This document shows, piece by piece, positions 1 through 12,560 of a stretch of DNA of 64,000 nucleotides. Made by a program: the position numbers and the translations under genes. Under the pieces are notes generated by a model. The model ran no database searches. It saw nothing but the letters and a program-made list of their open reading frames with translations, and was not told where the DNA came from. Every line of letters begins with the position of its first letter. The first letter of the stretch is position 1. The DNA is from Anaeramoeba ignava BMAN (lineage: Eukaryota > Protista > Anaeramoebae), in NCBI GenBank assembly GCA_028826165.1, contig JAPDFW010000081.1, positions 434,001 through 498,000 of the forward strand, read 5' to 3'.

Positions 1-612
1 AAATTGATATAAAATTGATTTAAAAATTGATATAAAATTGATATAAAATTAATTTAAAATTAATATAAAATTGATTTAAAATTGATTTAAAATTGATATA
101 AAAATTGATTTAAAATTGATTTAAAATTGATATAAAATTGATATAAAATTGATTTAAAATTGATTTAAAATTAATATAAAATTGATTTAAAATTAATATA
201 AAATTGATTTAAAATTGATTTTAAAATTGAATTAAAAATTGATATAAAATTGATTTAAAATTGATATAAAATTGATATAAAATTGATATAAAATTGATAT
301 AAAATTGATTTAAAATTGATTTAAAATTGATTTAAAATTGATTTAAAATTGATATAAAATTGATTTAAAATTGATATAAAATTAATATAAAATTGATATA
401 AAATTGATTTAAAATTAATATAAAATTGATATAAAATTGATATAAAATTGATATAAAATTGATATAAAATTGATTTAAAATTAATTTAAAATTGATTTAA
501 AATTAATATAAAATTAATATAAAATTGATTTAAAATTGATATAAAATTAATATAAAATTGATATAAAATTGATATAAAATTGATATAAAATTAATTTAAA
601 ATTGATATAAAA
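1..612. repeat. 11-bp minisatellite (AAAATTGATAT/AAAATTGATTT) filling the visible part of intron 1 of the VIT-domain gene
   Basis: Continuous 11-mer tandem array lying just downstream (minus strand) of a GTAATT donor at 616. Confidence 0.95.
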
Positions 613-616
613 TTAC

Positions 617-903
617 CCTGTATTGCCAATAGAAATCGCATCTTGATAAATATTTTGAGCTTTTTCTTTTTCTTTTATTTTTGCAACAACATGTTTTTCA
701 TTCAAATAAACTTCCAAACCACAAACAGAACAATTAGAATCAACTGGGAAAACAAAAACAGATTCAAGAGGAGAATCATCATCATTAAAATATTTTTGAA
801 CCACAGTTACCAAAGCACTTGAATCAGAAATTTCAGTTGAGTAAGTAGTATTAATTAAAGGAATCGGAATTGAGGAATTTTTTTCATAAAGACCAATTTG
901 CAT
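617..903 (-). CDS. VIT (vault protein inter-alpha-trypsin) domain protein, VWA5A-like; exon 1 only, gene runs off the left edge
   Basis: VTVVQKYFN..PLESVFVFPVDSNCSVCGLEV..VAKIKEKEKAQNIYQDAIS matches the VIT consensus; ATG at 903; GTAATT donor at 616. Confidence 0.85.
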
Positions 904-1226
904 TTTTTTGGATTTAAATTAAATTTTTTGATTTAATTTTGTTTTTTTTAAAAAATAAAAAAATAAAAAAAAGATAAAAAAATAAAAGTGAATTTCTTAT
1001 TTTTTTTTCTGTTTTTTTTGCTTTTAATCTTATCTAATGAATTGTTATTTATTGTCCAAATTCTCTTTTTATTAAATAAAATAAATATTTTAATCAAAAA
1101 AAAGAGAAAAAAAATAAAAATTACTAATTATTATATAAAAATTATTAATTAAATAAAAAAAAAATAAAAAAAATAAAAATCAAAAATTTTCATTTTTTTT
1201 TTCTTTTCTTCATTCCAAAATCTAAA

Positions 1227-4200
1227 ATGAGTTCGAAAGTAATACATATTCATTCGGAAAAAGATCTTGAGGATTACCTAAACACACCTGATAAGTTAGT
1301 AATACTTGACTGGTCTGCCTCATGGTGTAAGATTTCTTAATCTCAAAGAGAGAAGAAATCAAGATGAAAATAACGATAATAAATAAATATTTAATAAAGG
1401 TGGTCCATGCGTTATGATTGCGCCTCATTATGACACTTTAAGTCTTGAATATCCGAATGCGATTTTCCTTCATATTGATGTAGAAGAATTGAGACAATGT
1501 TCTGAACGTTATTTTATAAGAGCAATGCCTACTTTTATGTTTTTTAAAAATAAAACTAAAGTTGGTGAATTTAAAGGTGCTGATCTTAATTCTTTAAAAC
1601 GTTTTATTCAGGAGAATTATACAGAAGCTACTGTTTGTTATCTTATTTTGTTTTTCTTTTAAAAATTATTCCAACTTTATTATTAAAAAACAAAAAAAAA
1701 ATTCCAAATTTAATTTTCAAACCAAATACAATTTTAAATTCAATTTAATATTACTATTAAAATTAAAATCAATATTTAAATTAAAATTAGAATTCATTTA
1801 TAAATTTAAAATCAATATTAAAATTAAAATTCATTTATAAATTAATATTACTATTAAAATTAAAATTAAAATTAAAATTAAAATTAAAATTAATATTAAA
1901 ATCAAAATTAAAATTAAAATTAAAATTAAAATTCATTTATAAAATTAATATTAAAATTAAAATTAAAATTAAATTTAAAATTAAAATTTAAATTAAAATT
2001 AAAATTAAAATTAAAATTAAAATTAAAATTAAAATTAAAATTAAATTTAAAATTAAAATTAAAATTAAATTTAAAATTAAAATTAAAATTCATTTATAAA
2101 ATTAAAATTAAAATTAAATTTAAAATTAAAAAGTTCTCTGGAAAAGGAAATAGATTAGGTGGAGGAGGAGAAACCCAAATAAAACCATCAATTAATCAAC
2201 AAGAAGAACGACCGAATCCAGTACTTCTTAAAGAACTTTTAGAAATGGGATTTGATCAAAACAAAGCAAGAAAAAGTTTAATAGAAACAAAAAACGAAGG
2301 ATTAGATCTAGCAATTAATTGGATTATGGATAATACAGTTGATGAAGATGAACAAGACCAAAATCAAGAACAAAAAAAAGATCAAGAACAAAATCAAGAC
2401 CAAAATCAAGATCAACAAAATCAAGACCAAAATCAAGATCAAGAACAGAAAAAAGATCAAGAACAAGAAGATAAACAACTTCAAGAAGAAATTAATAAAG
2501 AAATTGAACAATTTCAAAAAGAAAGTGAAAATCCAAATCAAGAATTATCTTTTGAAGAAAGACAAGAAATGTATTAAAAAATCAATTTTATATCAATTTT
2601 AAATCAATTTTATATTAATTTTAAATCAATTTTAAATCAATTTTAAATCAATTTTATATTAATTTTATATCAATTTTATATCAATTTTATATTAATTTTA
2701 AATCAATTTTATATCAATTTTATATTAATTTTATATCAATTTTAAATCAATTTTATATCAATTTTATATCAATTTTATATTAATTTTATATTAATTTTAT
2801 ATCAATTTTAAATCAATTTTAAATTAATTTTATATCAATTTTAAATCAATTTTATATCAATTTTATATCAATTTTAAATCAATTTTATATTAATTTTAAA
2901 TCAATTTTAAATCAATTTTATATTAATTTTAAATCAATTTTAAATCAATTTTATATTAATTTTAAATCAATTTTAAATCAATTTTATATTAATTTTAAAT
3001 CAATTTTTTATATCAATTTTATATCAATTTTAAATCAATTTTATATCAATTTTATATTAATTTTATATCAATTTTATATCAATTCTATATTAATTTTATA
3101 TCAATTTTAAATCAATTTTAAATTAATTTTATATCAATTTTTAAATCAATTTTAAATCAATTTTATATCAATTTTAAATCAATTTATATCAATTTTATAT
3201 TAATTTTATATCAATTTTATATCAATTTTAAATCAATTTTATATCAATTTTATATCAATTTTAAATCAAATTTTAAATTAATTTTATATCAATTTTAAAT
3301 CAATTTTATATCAATTTTTATCAATTTTATATCAATTTTATATTAATTTTAAATCAATTTTAAATCAATTTTATATTAATTTTAAATCAATTTTAAATCA
3401 ATTTTATATTAATTTTAAATCAATTTTAAATCAATTTTTATCAATTTTAAATCAATTTTATATCAATTTTTATATTAATTTTAAATCAATTTTATATTAA
3501 TTTTATATATCAATTTTATATCAATTTTAAATCAATTTTATATTAATTTTATATCAATTTTATATCAATTTTTTATATTAATTTTATATCAATTTTAAAT
3601 CAATTTTATATTAATTTTTATATCAATTTTTATATTAATTTTATATTAATTTTATATCAATTTTAAATCAATTTTATATAATTTTAAATCAATTTTATAT
3701 CAATTTTATATCAATTTTATATCAAATCAATTTTATATCAATTTTATATCAATTTTATATCAATTTTTAAATCAATTTTATATCAATTTTATATCAAATT
3801 TAAATCAAATTTAAATTAATTTTATATTAATTTTAAATCAATTTTATATCAATTTTATATCAATTTTATATCAATTTTAAATCAATTTTAAATCAATTTT
3901 TAAATCAATTTTAAATCAATTTTTTATATCAATTTTATATCAATTTTATATTAATTTTATATTAATTTTAAATCAATTTTATATCAATTTTATATCAATT
4001 TTATATCAAATTTATATTAATTTTATATCAATTTTATATTAATTTTATATCAATTTTAAATCAATTTTATATTAATTTTATATCAATTTTATATCAATTT
4101 TAAATCAATTTTAAATCAATTTTATATCAATTTTAAATAAATTTTATATTAATTTTATATCAATTTTATATTAATTTTATATTAATTTTAAATCAATTTT

Positions 4201-5371
4201 ATATTAATTTTATATCAATTTTATATCAATTTTAAAATCGGAAAAAATTTTATGTTGAATAGAATGAATAAAAGAATTCAAGAATTAAGAAGGAAAAAAG
4301 CAGAGCAAGCTAAGAAAAAAGAATTAGAAGATGAAATAAAAAGAAGAGAGCAAGGTAAAAAAGCAGCTCAATCTCATGAATTATTAGAACAAACAAAAAG
4401 AGAAGTTGCAATCGCAGAAAAAAAGAAAGAAAAAAGAGAAAAAATACTTGAAAAACAAAGAATTCTTGCAAGAATTGAACAAGATAAAAAAGAAAGAAAT
4501 GCTGTAATTCAATTTTTATTATTTAAAAATTTATAACAAAAATAAAATAATTATTTTATTGCTTTTATTTAATAAAGAAATGGGGAAAAATTAAAGAAGA
4601 ACAAAAACAAGAACAAGAATCAAAACCTATTATTAAACAATCTTATAATGAATCCAAAATTAGAGTAAAATAATTTTATCTAAAATCGGATAAAAATTTA
4701 TTTATAATTTTATTTATAATTTTATTTATAATTTTATTTATAATTTTATTTATAATTTTATTTATAATTTATTTTATAATTTTATTTATAATTTATTTTA
4801 TAAATTTATTTATAATTTTATTTAAAATTTTATTTATAAATTTATTTATAATTTTTTTTATAATTTTATTTATAATTTTATTTATAATTTTATTTAAAAT
4901 TTTATCTAAAATCGGATAAAAATTTATTTATAATTTTATTTATAATTTATTTTATAATTTTATTTACAATTTATTTTATAATTTATTTTATAATTTTATT
5001 TATAATTTATTTTTAGTTCCGATTACCAAATGGTCAACTTATTACTGGAGACTTTAAACCAACTGATACAATTTATACTCTTATTGAATTTTTAAATCAA
5101 CAACCAGAAATTTATGGAACTCAATTTATTTTAGTTGATACAGTCCCACCAAGAAGAGTAAATAATATTAAAATCTTTATTTAAAATCTTTATTTAAAAT
5201 ATTTATTTAAAATCTTTATTTAAAATCTTAATTTAAAATCTTTATTTAAAATATTTAAAATTTTAATTTAAAATTTTAATTTAGAAATTTACTGCAAAAG
5301 ATGTAACACTCACACTTTCTTCAGCAGGTCTTGTTCCAACTGGTTCATTAATCGTTTCAAAAAGAAATTAA
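1227..5371 (+). CDS. Thioredoxin (WCGPC)-SHP box-UBA-coiled coil-UBX protein, UBXN1/SAKS1-like p97 adaptor, 7 exons, 441 aa
   Basis: Exons 1227-1326, 1400-1632, 2134-2570, 4263-4503, 4578-4664, 5017-5157, 5285-5371 join in frame through GT-AG introns. Motifs: LVILDWSASWCGPC; FSGKGNRLG (SHP); LLEMGFDQNKARKSL..AINWI (UBA); charged coiled coil; IRFRLPNG..F..VPPRRKFT..TLSSAGLVPTGSLIV (UBX). Confidence 0.9.
1850..2130. repeat. (AAAATT)n microsatellite in intron 2 of the Trx-UBX gene
   Basis: Direct observation. Confidence 0.9.
2581..4235. repeat. 11-bp minisatellite (ATCAATTTTAT/ATCAATTTTAA) in intron 3 of the Trx-UBX gene; reverse complement of the 1-612 array
   Basis: About 1.65 kb of tandem 11-mers between the GT at 2571 and the AG at 4262. 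Confidence 0.95.
4696..5010. repeat. 12-bp minisatellite (TTTTATTTATAA) in intron 5 of the Trx-UBX gene
   Basis: Direct observation; the unit is the reverse complement of the VPS13 intron unit. Confidence 0.85.
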
Positions 5372-5766
5372 AATTAAATTCAAAAAAGAAAAAAGGAAAA
5401 TCGGAAAAAATTTTAATTTTAATTTTCTCTTTTCTCTTTTTTACTTTTTTTTTCTTCAATTTGGGAATAAATTTCTCTTCAAATTTCTTTTTAAATTTGA
5501 TTTCAAATTTCTTTTCAATTTCTTTTTAAATTTGATTTCAAATTTCTCTTCAAATTTCTTTTTAAATTTCTTTTAAATTTATTTTTAAATTTGATTTTAA
5601 ATTTGATTTTAAATTTGATTTTAAATTTGATTTTAAATTTGATTTTTAAATTTGATTCGTTAAAATTAAAATTTTTTTAACGGTTTTATTGTTTTATTTT
5701 TATTTTTATTTTTTTATTTTTTTATTTTTTTATTTTTTTCTTGTTATTTTTATTTAAAAAAAAAAT

Positions 5767-6522
5767 ATGAATTTATTTGAAAATTTTCCAACACAAATTA
5801 TTAACGATCAAAATTTAAAAGAAAATTTTGAAATTAAAGATCTTATTCAAGAATATGAATTAGAAAGTAAAAATAATAAATAATAATAAATTTAAATAAT
5901 AAATTTAAATAATAAATAATTTATAAATTTTTTCAAAACAAAATAAAAAGTTGAATTAAGAATTCAAATGTTAATTGCAAATGCTGAAAATTTAATTCAA
6001 GGTTTAAATAATTCCATTTCAATTGAATTGATGAGATTACCAACAAATATTAAACAAATGAAACTTAAAGACTTTGTTCAATTAAAAAAGGAAAAACAAG
6101 AAATTAAACAAGAAATTTCAACAAAAGAATTTTTATTAAATCTTAAAAAAACTGAAAAAAATCCAAAAATTAAAAAAAATGAAAAAATTCCCAAAAAAAT
6201 TCCAAAAAAAATTCCAAAAAAAGAAACAAATAAAAAAACAAAACCTCTTGCAAAATCTAAACAAATAACAAAAAATAAGTCAAAAACCACAAAGCAAAAA
6301 CCTATTCAAACTCAATCACAATCTCAAAATAATTTGAATGAAAATGTTCCACTTTCAGTTTTATTAAAACAAAAAGCTCAAAAAATGGAAGATGAATATT
6401 TTGGAAGATCAATGAAAAAGAAAAGTTTAAAAAGAGTTCCAAGAAAACAAACTCCCAGTTTTGTTTCTTCAGCCAAAAAAAATACAACTCAAAATTCTCG
6501 AATAATTAAAAAAAGAGTTTGA
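5767..6522 (+). CDS. Borealin/Nbl1-like chromosomal passenger complex subunit, 2 exons, 223 aa
   Basis: Exons 5767-5866 and 5951-6522. The spliced N-terminus LIQEYELEIELRIQMLIANAENLIQGLNNSISIELMRLPTNIKQMKLKDF fits the Nbl1/Borealin_N helix pattern (E..R..l...l...l..lP..ik.M.l.df); a basic disordered tail follows. Confidence 0.7.
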
Positions 6523-6616
6523 ATTAAATTTTGTAGTTGGCAAAAAATAAATAAAAAATTAAACAAAAAACAAAAAAAATTTTCATTTTTCATTTTTCTT
6601 TTTTTTAAAAAAAGAA

Positions 6617-9600
6617 ATGGAATTAATTTCAAAAGCTATTCAAGAAAATAATATTGAATATTTAAAAGAAATTGAAACAATTACAGAAAATAAAATAGAA
6701 AACAAATTCATTTTACATTTTGCGATTGAAAAAAAAGTTCCAAAAGAAATAATTGAAAATTTAATTTCAAAAGGAATAAATCCTAATTTAATTGATGATT
6801 TAAGAAGAAATTCATTTCATATTGCAATTCTAAACAATTCAGAAAAAGATATTCTTGAACTTTTACTTTCTAATGGGATTAATATCAATTCAAAAACAAA
6901 AGACAATAAAACAGCTTTACATCTTGCTTGTGAAAATCCAAATATTTCCTTTCAAATTATTAAATATCTTATTGAAAATGGAATTGATATTAATTCAAAA
7001 ACAAAAGACAATAAAACAGCTTTACATCTTGCTTGTGAAAATCCAAATATTTCTTTTGAAATTATCAAATATCTTATTGAAAAAAGAATTAATATTAATT
7101 CAAAAACGGAATATGATAATAAAACAGCTTTACATATTGCTTGCAAAAATCCAAATGTTTCCATTCAAATTATTAAATTTTTTATTGAAAATGGAATTGA
7201 TATTAATTCAAAAGCAGAATATGATAATAAAACAGTTTTACATATTGCTTGTGAAAATCCAAATATTTCCATTCAAATTATTAAATTTCTTATTGAAAAT
7301 GGAATTGATATCAATTCAAAAACGGAATATGAAAATAAAACAGTTTTACATATTGCTTGCCAAAATCCAAAAATTTCCATTCAAATTATCAAATATCTTA
7401 TTGAAAATGGAATTGATATCAATTCAAAAGCAATTGATAATCAAACAGCTTTACATCTTGCTTGCCAAAATCCAAATCCATTTCATTTGAAATTATTAAA
7501 TTTATCATTGAAAAAGGAATTGATATTAATTCAAAAAAAAAAAACAATAATAAAACAGCTTTACATCTTGCTTGTGAAAATCCAAATCCATCATTTCAAA
7601 TTATCAAATATCTTGTTGAAAATGGAATTGATATCAATTCAAAAACAAATGATAATCAAACAGCTTTACATATTGCTTGCCAAAATCCAAATATTTCCAT
7701 TGAAATTATCAAATATCTTGTTGAAAATGGAATTGATATCAATTCAAAAACAGAATATGATAATCAAACAGCTTTACATATTGCTTGTGGAAATGAAAAT
7801 ATTTTCCATTCAAATTATCAAATATCTTGTTGAAAAAGGAATTGATATCAATGCAAAAACAAAAGAAAATAATGAAACAGTTTTACATTTTGCTTGTGAA
7901 AATCCAAATATTTCCATTCAAATTATCAAATTTCTTGTTGAAAATGGAATTGATATCAATGCAGTAACAAATGATAATCAAACAGCTTTACATATTGCTT
8001 GTGAAAACCCAAAAATTTCTTTTGAAATTATCAAATATCTTATTGAAAAAGGAATTGATATCAATTCAAAAGCAAAAGAAAATAATCAAACAGTTTTACA
8101 TATTGTTTGCCAAAATCCAAATCCATCATTTGAAATTATCAAATATCTTGTTGAAAAAGGAATTGATATCAAATGCAAAAACAAAAGATAATCAAACAGC
8201 TTTACATATTGTTTGCCAAAATCCAAATATTTCCTTTGAAATTATCAAATTTCTTATTGAAAATGGAATTGATATTAAATGCAACAACAAATGATAATCA
8301 AACAGCTTTACATCTTGCTTTCGAAAATCCAAATATTTCCATTGAAATTATCAAATATATTGTTGAAAAAGAAATTGATATTAGTTCACAATCAGAATAT
8401 GATAATGAAACAGCTTTACATATTGCTTTCCAAAATCCAAATCCATCATTTGAAATTATCAAATATCTTGTTGAAAAAGAAATTCATATAAATGCACCAA
8501 TATATTATCGTAATGAAATATTTTTACATCTTGCTTGCCAAAATCAGAAATTTTCCATTGAAATTATCAAATATCTTATTGAAAAAGAAATTGGTATCAA
8601 TGCAAAATCAGAATATTATAAAGAAACAGCTTTACATATTGCTTGCCTAAATCCAAATCCATCATTTGAAATTATCAAATTACTTGTTGAAAAAGGAATT
8701 GATATCAATGCAAAAGTAATTGATAATCAAACAGCTTTACATATTGCTTGCCAAAATGAAAAATTTTCTATTGAAATTATCAATTATCTTATTGAAAAAG
8801 GAATTGATATCAATGCAAAAGCAATTGATAATCAAACAGCTTTACATATTGCTTGCCTAAATCCAAATCCATCATTTGAAATTATCAAATTTCTTATTGA
8901 AAAAGGAATTGATATCAATTCAAAAACAGGATATTATAATAAAACAGCTTTACATCTTGCTTTCCAAAATCCAAATCCATCATTTGGAATTATCAAATTA
9001 CTTATTGAAAAAGGAATTGATATCAATTCAAAAACAGGATATCGTAGTCAAACAGTTTTACATTTTGCTTGCCAAAATGAAAATATTTCCATTCAAATTA
9101 TCAAATATCTTGTTGAAAAAGGAATTGATATCAATGCAAAAACAGGATACGATAATAAAACAGCTTTACATCTTGCTTGCCAAAATGAAAATATTTCCAT
9201 TCAAATTATCAAATATCTTATTGAAAAAGGAATTGATATCAATGCAAAAGCAAAATATAATGAAACAGCTTTACATCTTGCTTGCCAAAATGAAAATATT
9301 TCTATTCAAATTATCAAATATCTTATTGAAAAAGGAATTAATATCAATGCAAAAACAAAGAAAAATAAAACAGCTCTTTTAATATCAATTGAAGAAAAAA
9401 GAAAAGATTTAGTTCAATTATTGTTGATGGATGATGTAAATGTTTTTGATTTAGAACTAAATGAAATCCAAAATGAATTGACTGAAATTTTCACTAAACT
9501 TTATTCAATTAATCAAGATATGAATAATTTATTATTAAATTCAAATGATAATTTCTCAGATTATCAAATTCAATCAAATGATGGATTCAAATTTAATACT

Positions 9601-10302
9601 CATAAATTGATTCTTTTAACAAGATTTGATAATAATGAATCAATTTTACAAAAATTTATTGATATTTGTTCTCAAAAATCAAAAGAAAAAGTTCAATTTG
9701 CTTTAAATTTTATTTATTCAGGATTTTTTGATTTTCATCAATTTAAACAAAAATTTAATCGAATTGATGATTCTAATTCTAATTCTAATTCTAATTCTAA
9801 TTCTAAATCTAATTCTAATTCTAAATCTGATTCTGAATCTAATTCTGATTCTGATTCTGATTCTGATTCTGATTCTGAATTCATTAAAATGAAAGAAAAT
9901 CAAAAAAGAGAATTATTTAATGAAATTGGATTTAGATTCAAATGGATTGAAACAAAAAAAGGAAGAAAAGGATTAATAAAAGATTTATCAAAATTATATC
10001 AACAAAATGAAACAAAAGATTTTACAATAATTTCTGAAGAAAAAGAAATCAAAGTTCATAAATTAATATTAATAATGAGAAGTGAATTATTTAAAGGAAT
10101 GTTTTTAAGTGTTCAAGATTCATCTAATCAAGTTCATGATTATTCAGGAAAATCATTTGAAACAATTCAACAATTTATTTATTTCTTTTATCATGATAAT
10201 TTTGATAAAGAAAAAGAAATTCCGAAAGAAATTAACCAAGAATTTAAAGATTTAAAAGAATATTTTCAATTAAATTCAAATTCAATAATTGATTTACTTT
10301 AA
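6617..10302 (+). CDS. Intronless ankyrin-repeat protein with C-terminal tandem BTB/POZ domains; 4 apparent frameshifts (~7480, ~7803, ~8172, ~8278), likely sequencing errors
   Basis: Over 20 repeats of TALH(I/L)AC.N....IIKYL.E.GIDIN.K, followed by FSDYQI..HKLILLTR and KDFTI..KVHKLILIMRSELFKGMF. The repeat register continues across each frame change. Confidence 0.9.
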
Positions 10303-10329
10303 AAATTTAATTTTAAATCAATTCCAAAT

Positions 10330-10377
10330 TTTTTCATTTTTTTCATTTTTTTTCATTTTTTTTTCATTTTTTTTCAA
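10330..10377 (+). promoter_or_regulatory. Tandem TCATTTT initiator-like motifs upstream of aminoacylase
   Basis: Four TTTTCATTTT copies immediately 5' of the ATG; the same motif precedes most genes in the window. Confidence 0.6.
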
Positions 10378-12486
10378 ATGAATTCAAAAGACGAAAGAGT
10401 TCTTAATAAATTTAAACAATATCTTCAAATTCAAACAGTTCATCCAAATCCAAATTATGAAGAAGCAATAAAAGTAAAAACAAAAAAAAAAGGAAAGAAA
10501 ATGAAAAATTTTGAATTAACAAAAAATAAAAAAAAGTTTTTAGAAAATTATTCAAAAGAATTTTTATTAAATTTTGAAAGTTTTGAATTAGTCAAAGATA
10601 ATCCTATTGGACATATTTTTATTGAAGGAACTGAACCAAATATTCCTAGTATTTTACTTAATAGTCATATTGATGTAGTTCCAGCTGATACAAATAATTG
10701 GAAGTTTGATCCTTTTAGTGCAAAAGAAGAAGATAATAAAATTTATGGTTTGATTTTTAAGTTTGATTTTTGATTTTAATTTTAATTTTAATTTTAATTT
10801 TAATTTTAATTTTAATTAAAAAAGCAAGAGGAACTCAAGATGTAATTATTATTTCTTCTTCTCTTTCTTAATTTTTATACAAATTTATATTTATTTTTTC
10901 TTTCTTTACTTTTTTTAGATGAAATGTGTAGGAATTCAACATTTAGAATCAATTGGAAGATTAGTTGAATCAGGATTTAAATTCAAAAGATCTATTCATA
11001 TTACGTAATTTAATTTTTATAAAATCAATTGTTTAATTTTTTAATTTTTTAATTATATAAAATAAATATAGTTTTGTTCCTGGTGAAGAAGTTGGTGGTC
11101 ATGTTGGAATGGAAATGTTGGTAAAATCTGGAATTATCAAAAAGTGGAATATTGGGTAATTCTAATTTCTTTTTTGTTTTTATTCAATATTTATTATAAA
11201 TTTTATTTTATTTAAAATAAATAGAGTTGCTTTTGATGAAGGATTAGCAAATCCATCAGAAAAATTTACAGTATTTTATGGCGGTATATTTCCAAATTTA
11301 TTTAATATTTAATATTTAATATTTAATGTTTAATATTTATTATTTAATATTTAATATTTAATATTTAATATTTAATATTTAATATTTAATATTTAATATT
11401 TAATATTTAATATTTAATATTTAATATTTAATATTTAATATTTATTTAATATTTATTTAATATTTAATATTTAATATTTAATATTTAATATTTATTTAAT
11501 ATTTAATATTTAATATTTATTTAATATTTATTTAATATTTAATATTTAATATTTATTTAATATTTATTATTTATTATTTAATATTTAATATTTAATATTT
11601 AATATTTATTTATTATTTAATATTTAATATTTAATATTTAATATTTAATATTTAATATTTATAGAAAAAGCACCTTGGTGGATTTTATTCACAGCAGAAG
11701 GAAATGTTGGACATGGTTCACAATTCATTGAAAACACAGCAATCCAAAAAATTTATTCTGTTATGACTAAACTTACAGAATTTCGAAACAAACAACTTGA
11801 AATTTTAAAAAAAGATCCAAACAAAACAATATCAGATGTTCATACACTCAATATTACACAAATCAAAGCAGCAACACCATCAGAAAAATCTATCAATGTG
11901 ATTCCTAGTAAAGCTACTCTTGCTTGTGATATTAGAATTACTCCAAAAAAATCAATGGAAGAAATTCAAAAACTTATTGATGAAATTTGTGAATCTTGTA
12001 ATGTTCAATACCAGTTCCTTCAACATACCCCTATTAATAATCTCACAGACTTGGAATCGCAATGGTTTAAAACTTTTGAATCAAGTTGTAAAGAACTTGG
12101 TATTGAAATTGAACCTCAAATTTTTCCTGTAAATAAGAAAAAGAAAATATTTGATTTTATTTTGAATTTTGAATTTTGATTTTGATTTTTTTTATTTCTT
12201 ATTTTTTAGGCTGCTACTGATTCAAGATATTTAAGACAATTAGGAATTCCTGCAATTGGATTTAGTCCAATGAATAATACACCAAGTATTTTTTAATTTT
12301 ATCATTTTAAATCAAAAAAAAAAAATAATTAAAAAAGTGGAACAAAAATTAATTTAATTTTAATTTTAATTTTTTATTTTTAAATTAGTTTTACTTCATG
12401 GAAACAATGAATTTCTTGATCGAGATATCTTTTTAAAAGGAGTTCATTATTTTATGAAAATTTTTAGTGATATTTCAAAAATTTAA
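10378..12486 (+). CDS. ACY1: Aminoacylase-1 (M20A metallopeptidase), 9 exons, 396 aa
   Basis: Exons 10378-10473, 10537-10747, 10825-10841, 10919-11004, 11072-11155, 11225-11283, 11665-12128, 12210-12285, 12389-12486. Motifs: LLNSHIDVVP, YARGTQDMKC, VPGEEVGG, FDEGLA, GHGS, IFPAATDSRYLR, GFSPMNNTPILLHGNNE. Confidence 0.95.
11300..11660. repeat. 7-bp microsatellite (ATATTTA)n in ACY1 intron 6
   Basis: Direct observation. Confidence 0.9.
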
Positions 12487-12519
12487 AAAGAAGAAAAAAA
12501 AAAAAGATTTAATAAAAAT

Positions 12520-12560
12520 TTTTTTTCATTTTTTTTCATTTTTTTTTCATTTTTTGTTTT
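12520..12560 (+). promoter_or_regulatory. Tandem TCATTTT initiator-like motifs upstream of the Kelch gene
   Basis: Three copies directly upstream of the ATG at 12561. Confidence 0.55.

Noticed and set aside
7462-8294. Ankyrin-BTB gene as pseudogene or several genes
   Set aside because: The repeat register continues across each frame change and the indels sit in homopolymers or chimeric repeat variants, so errors are likely
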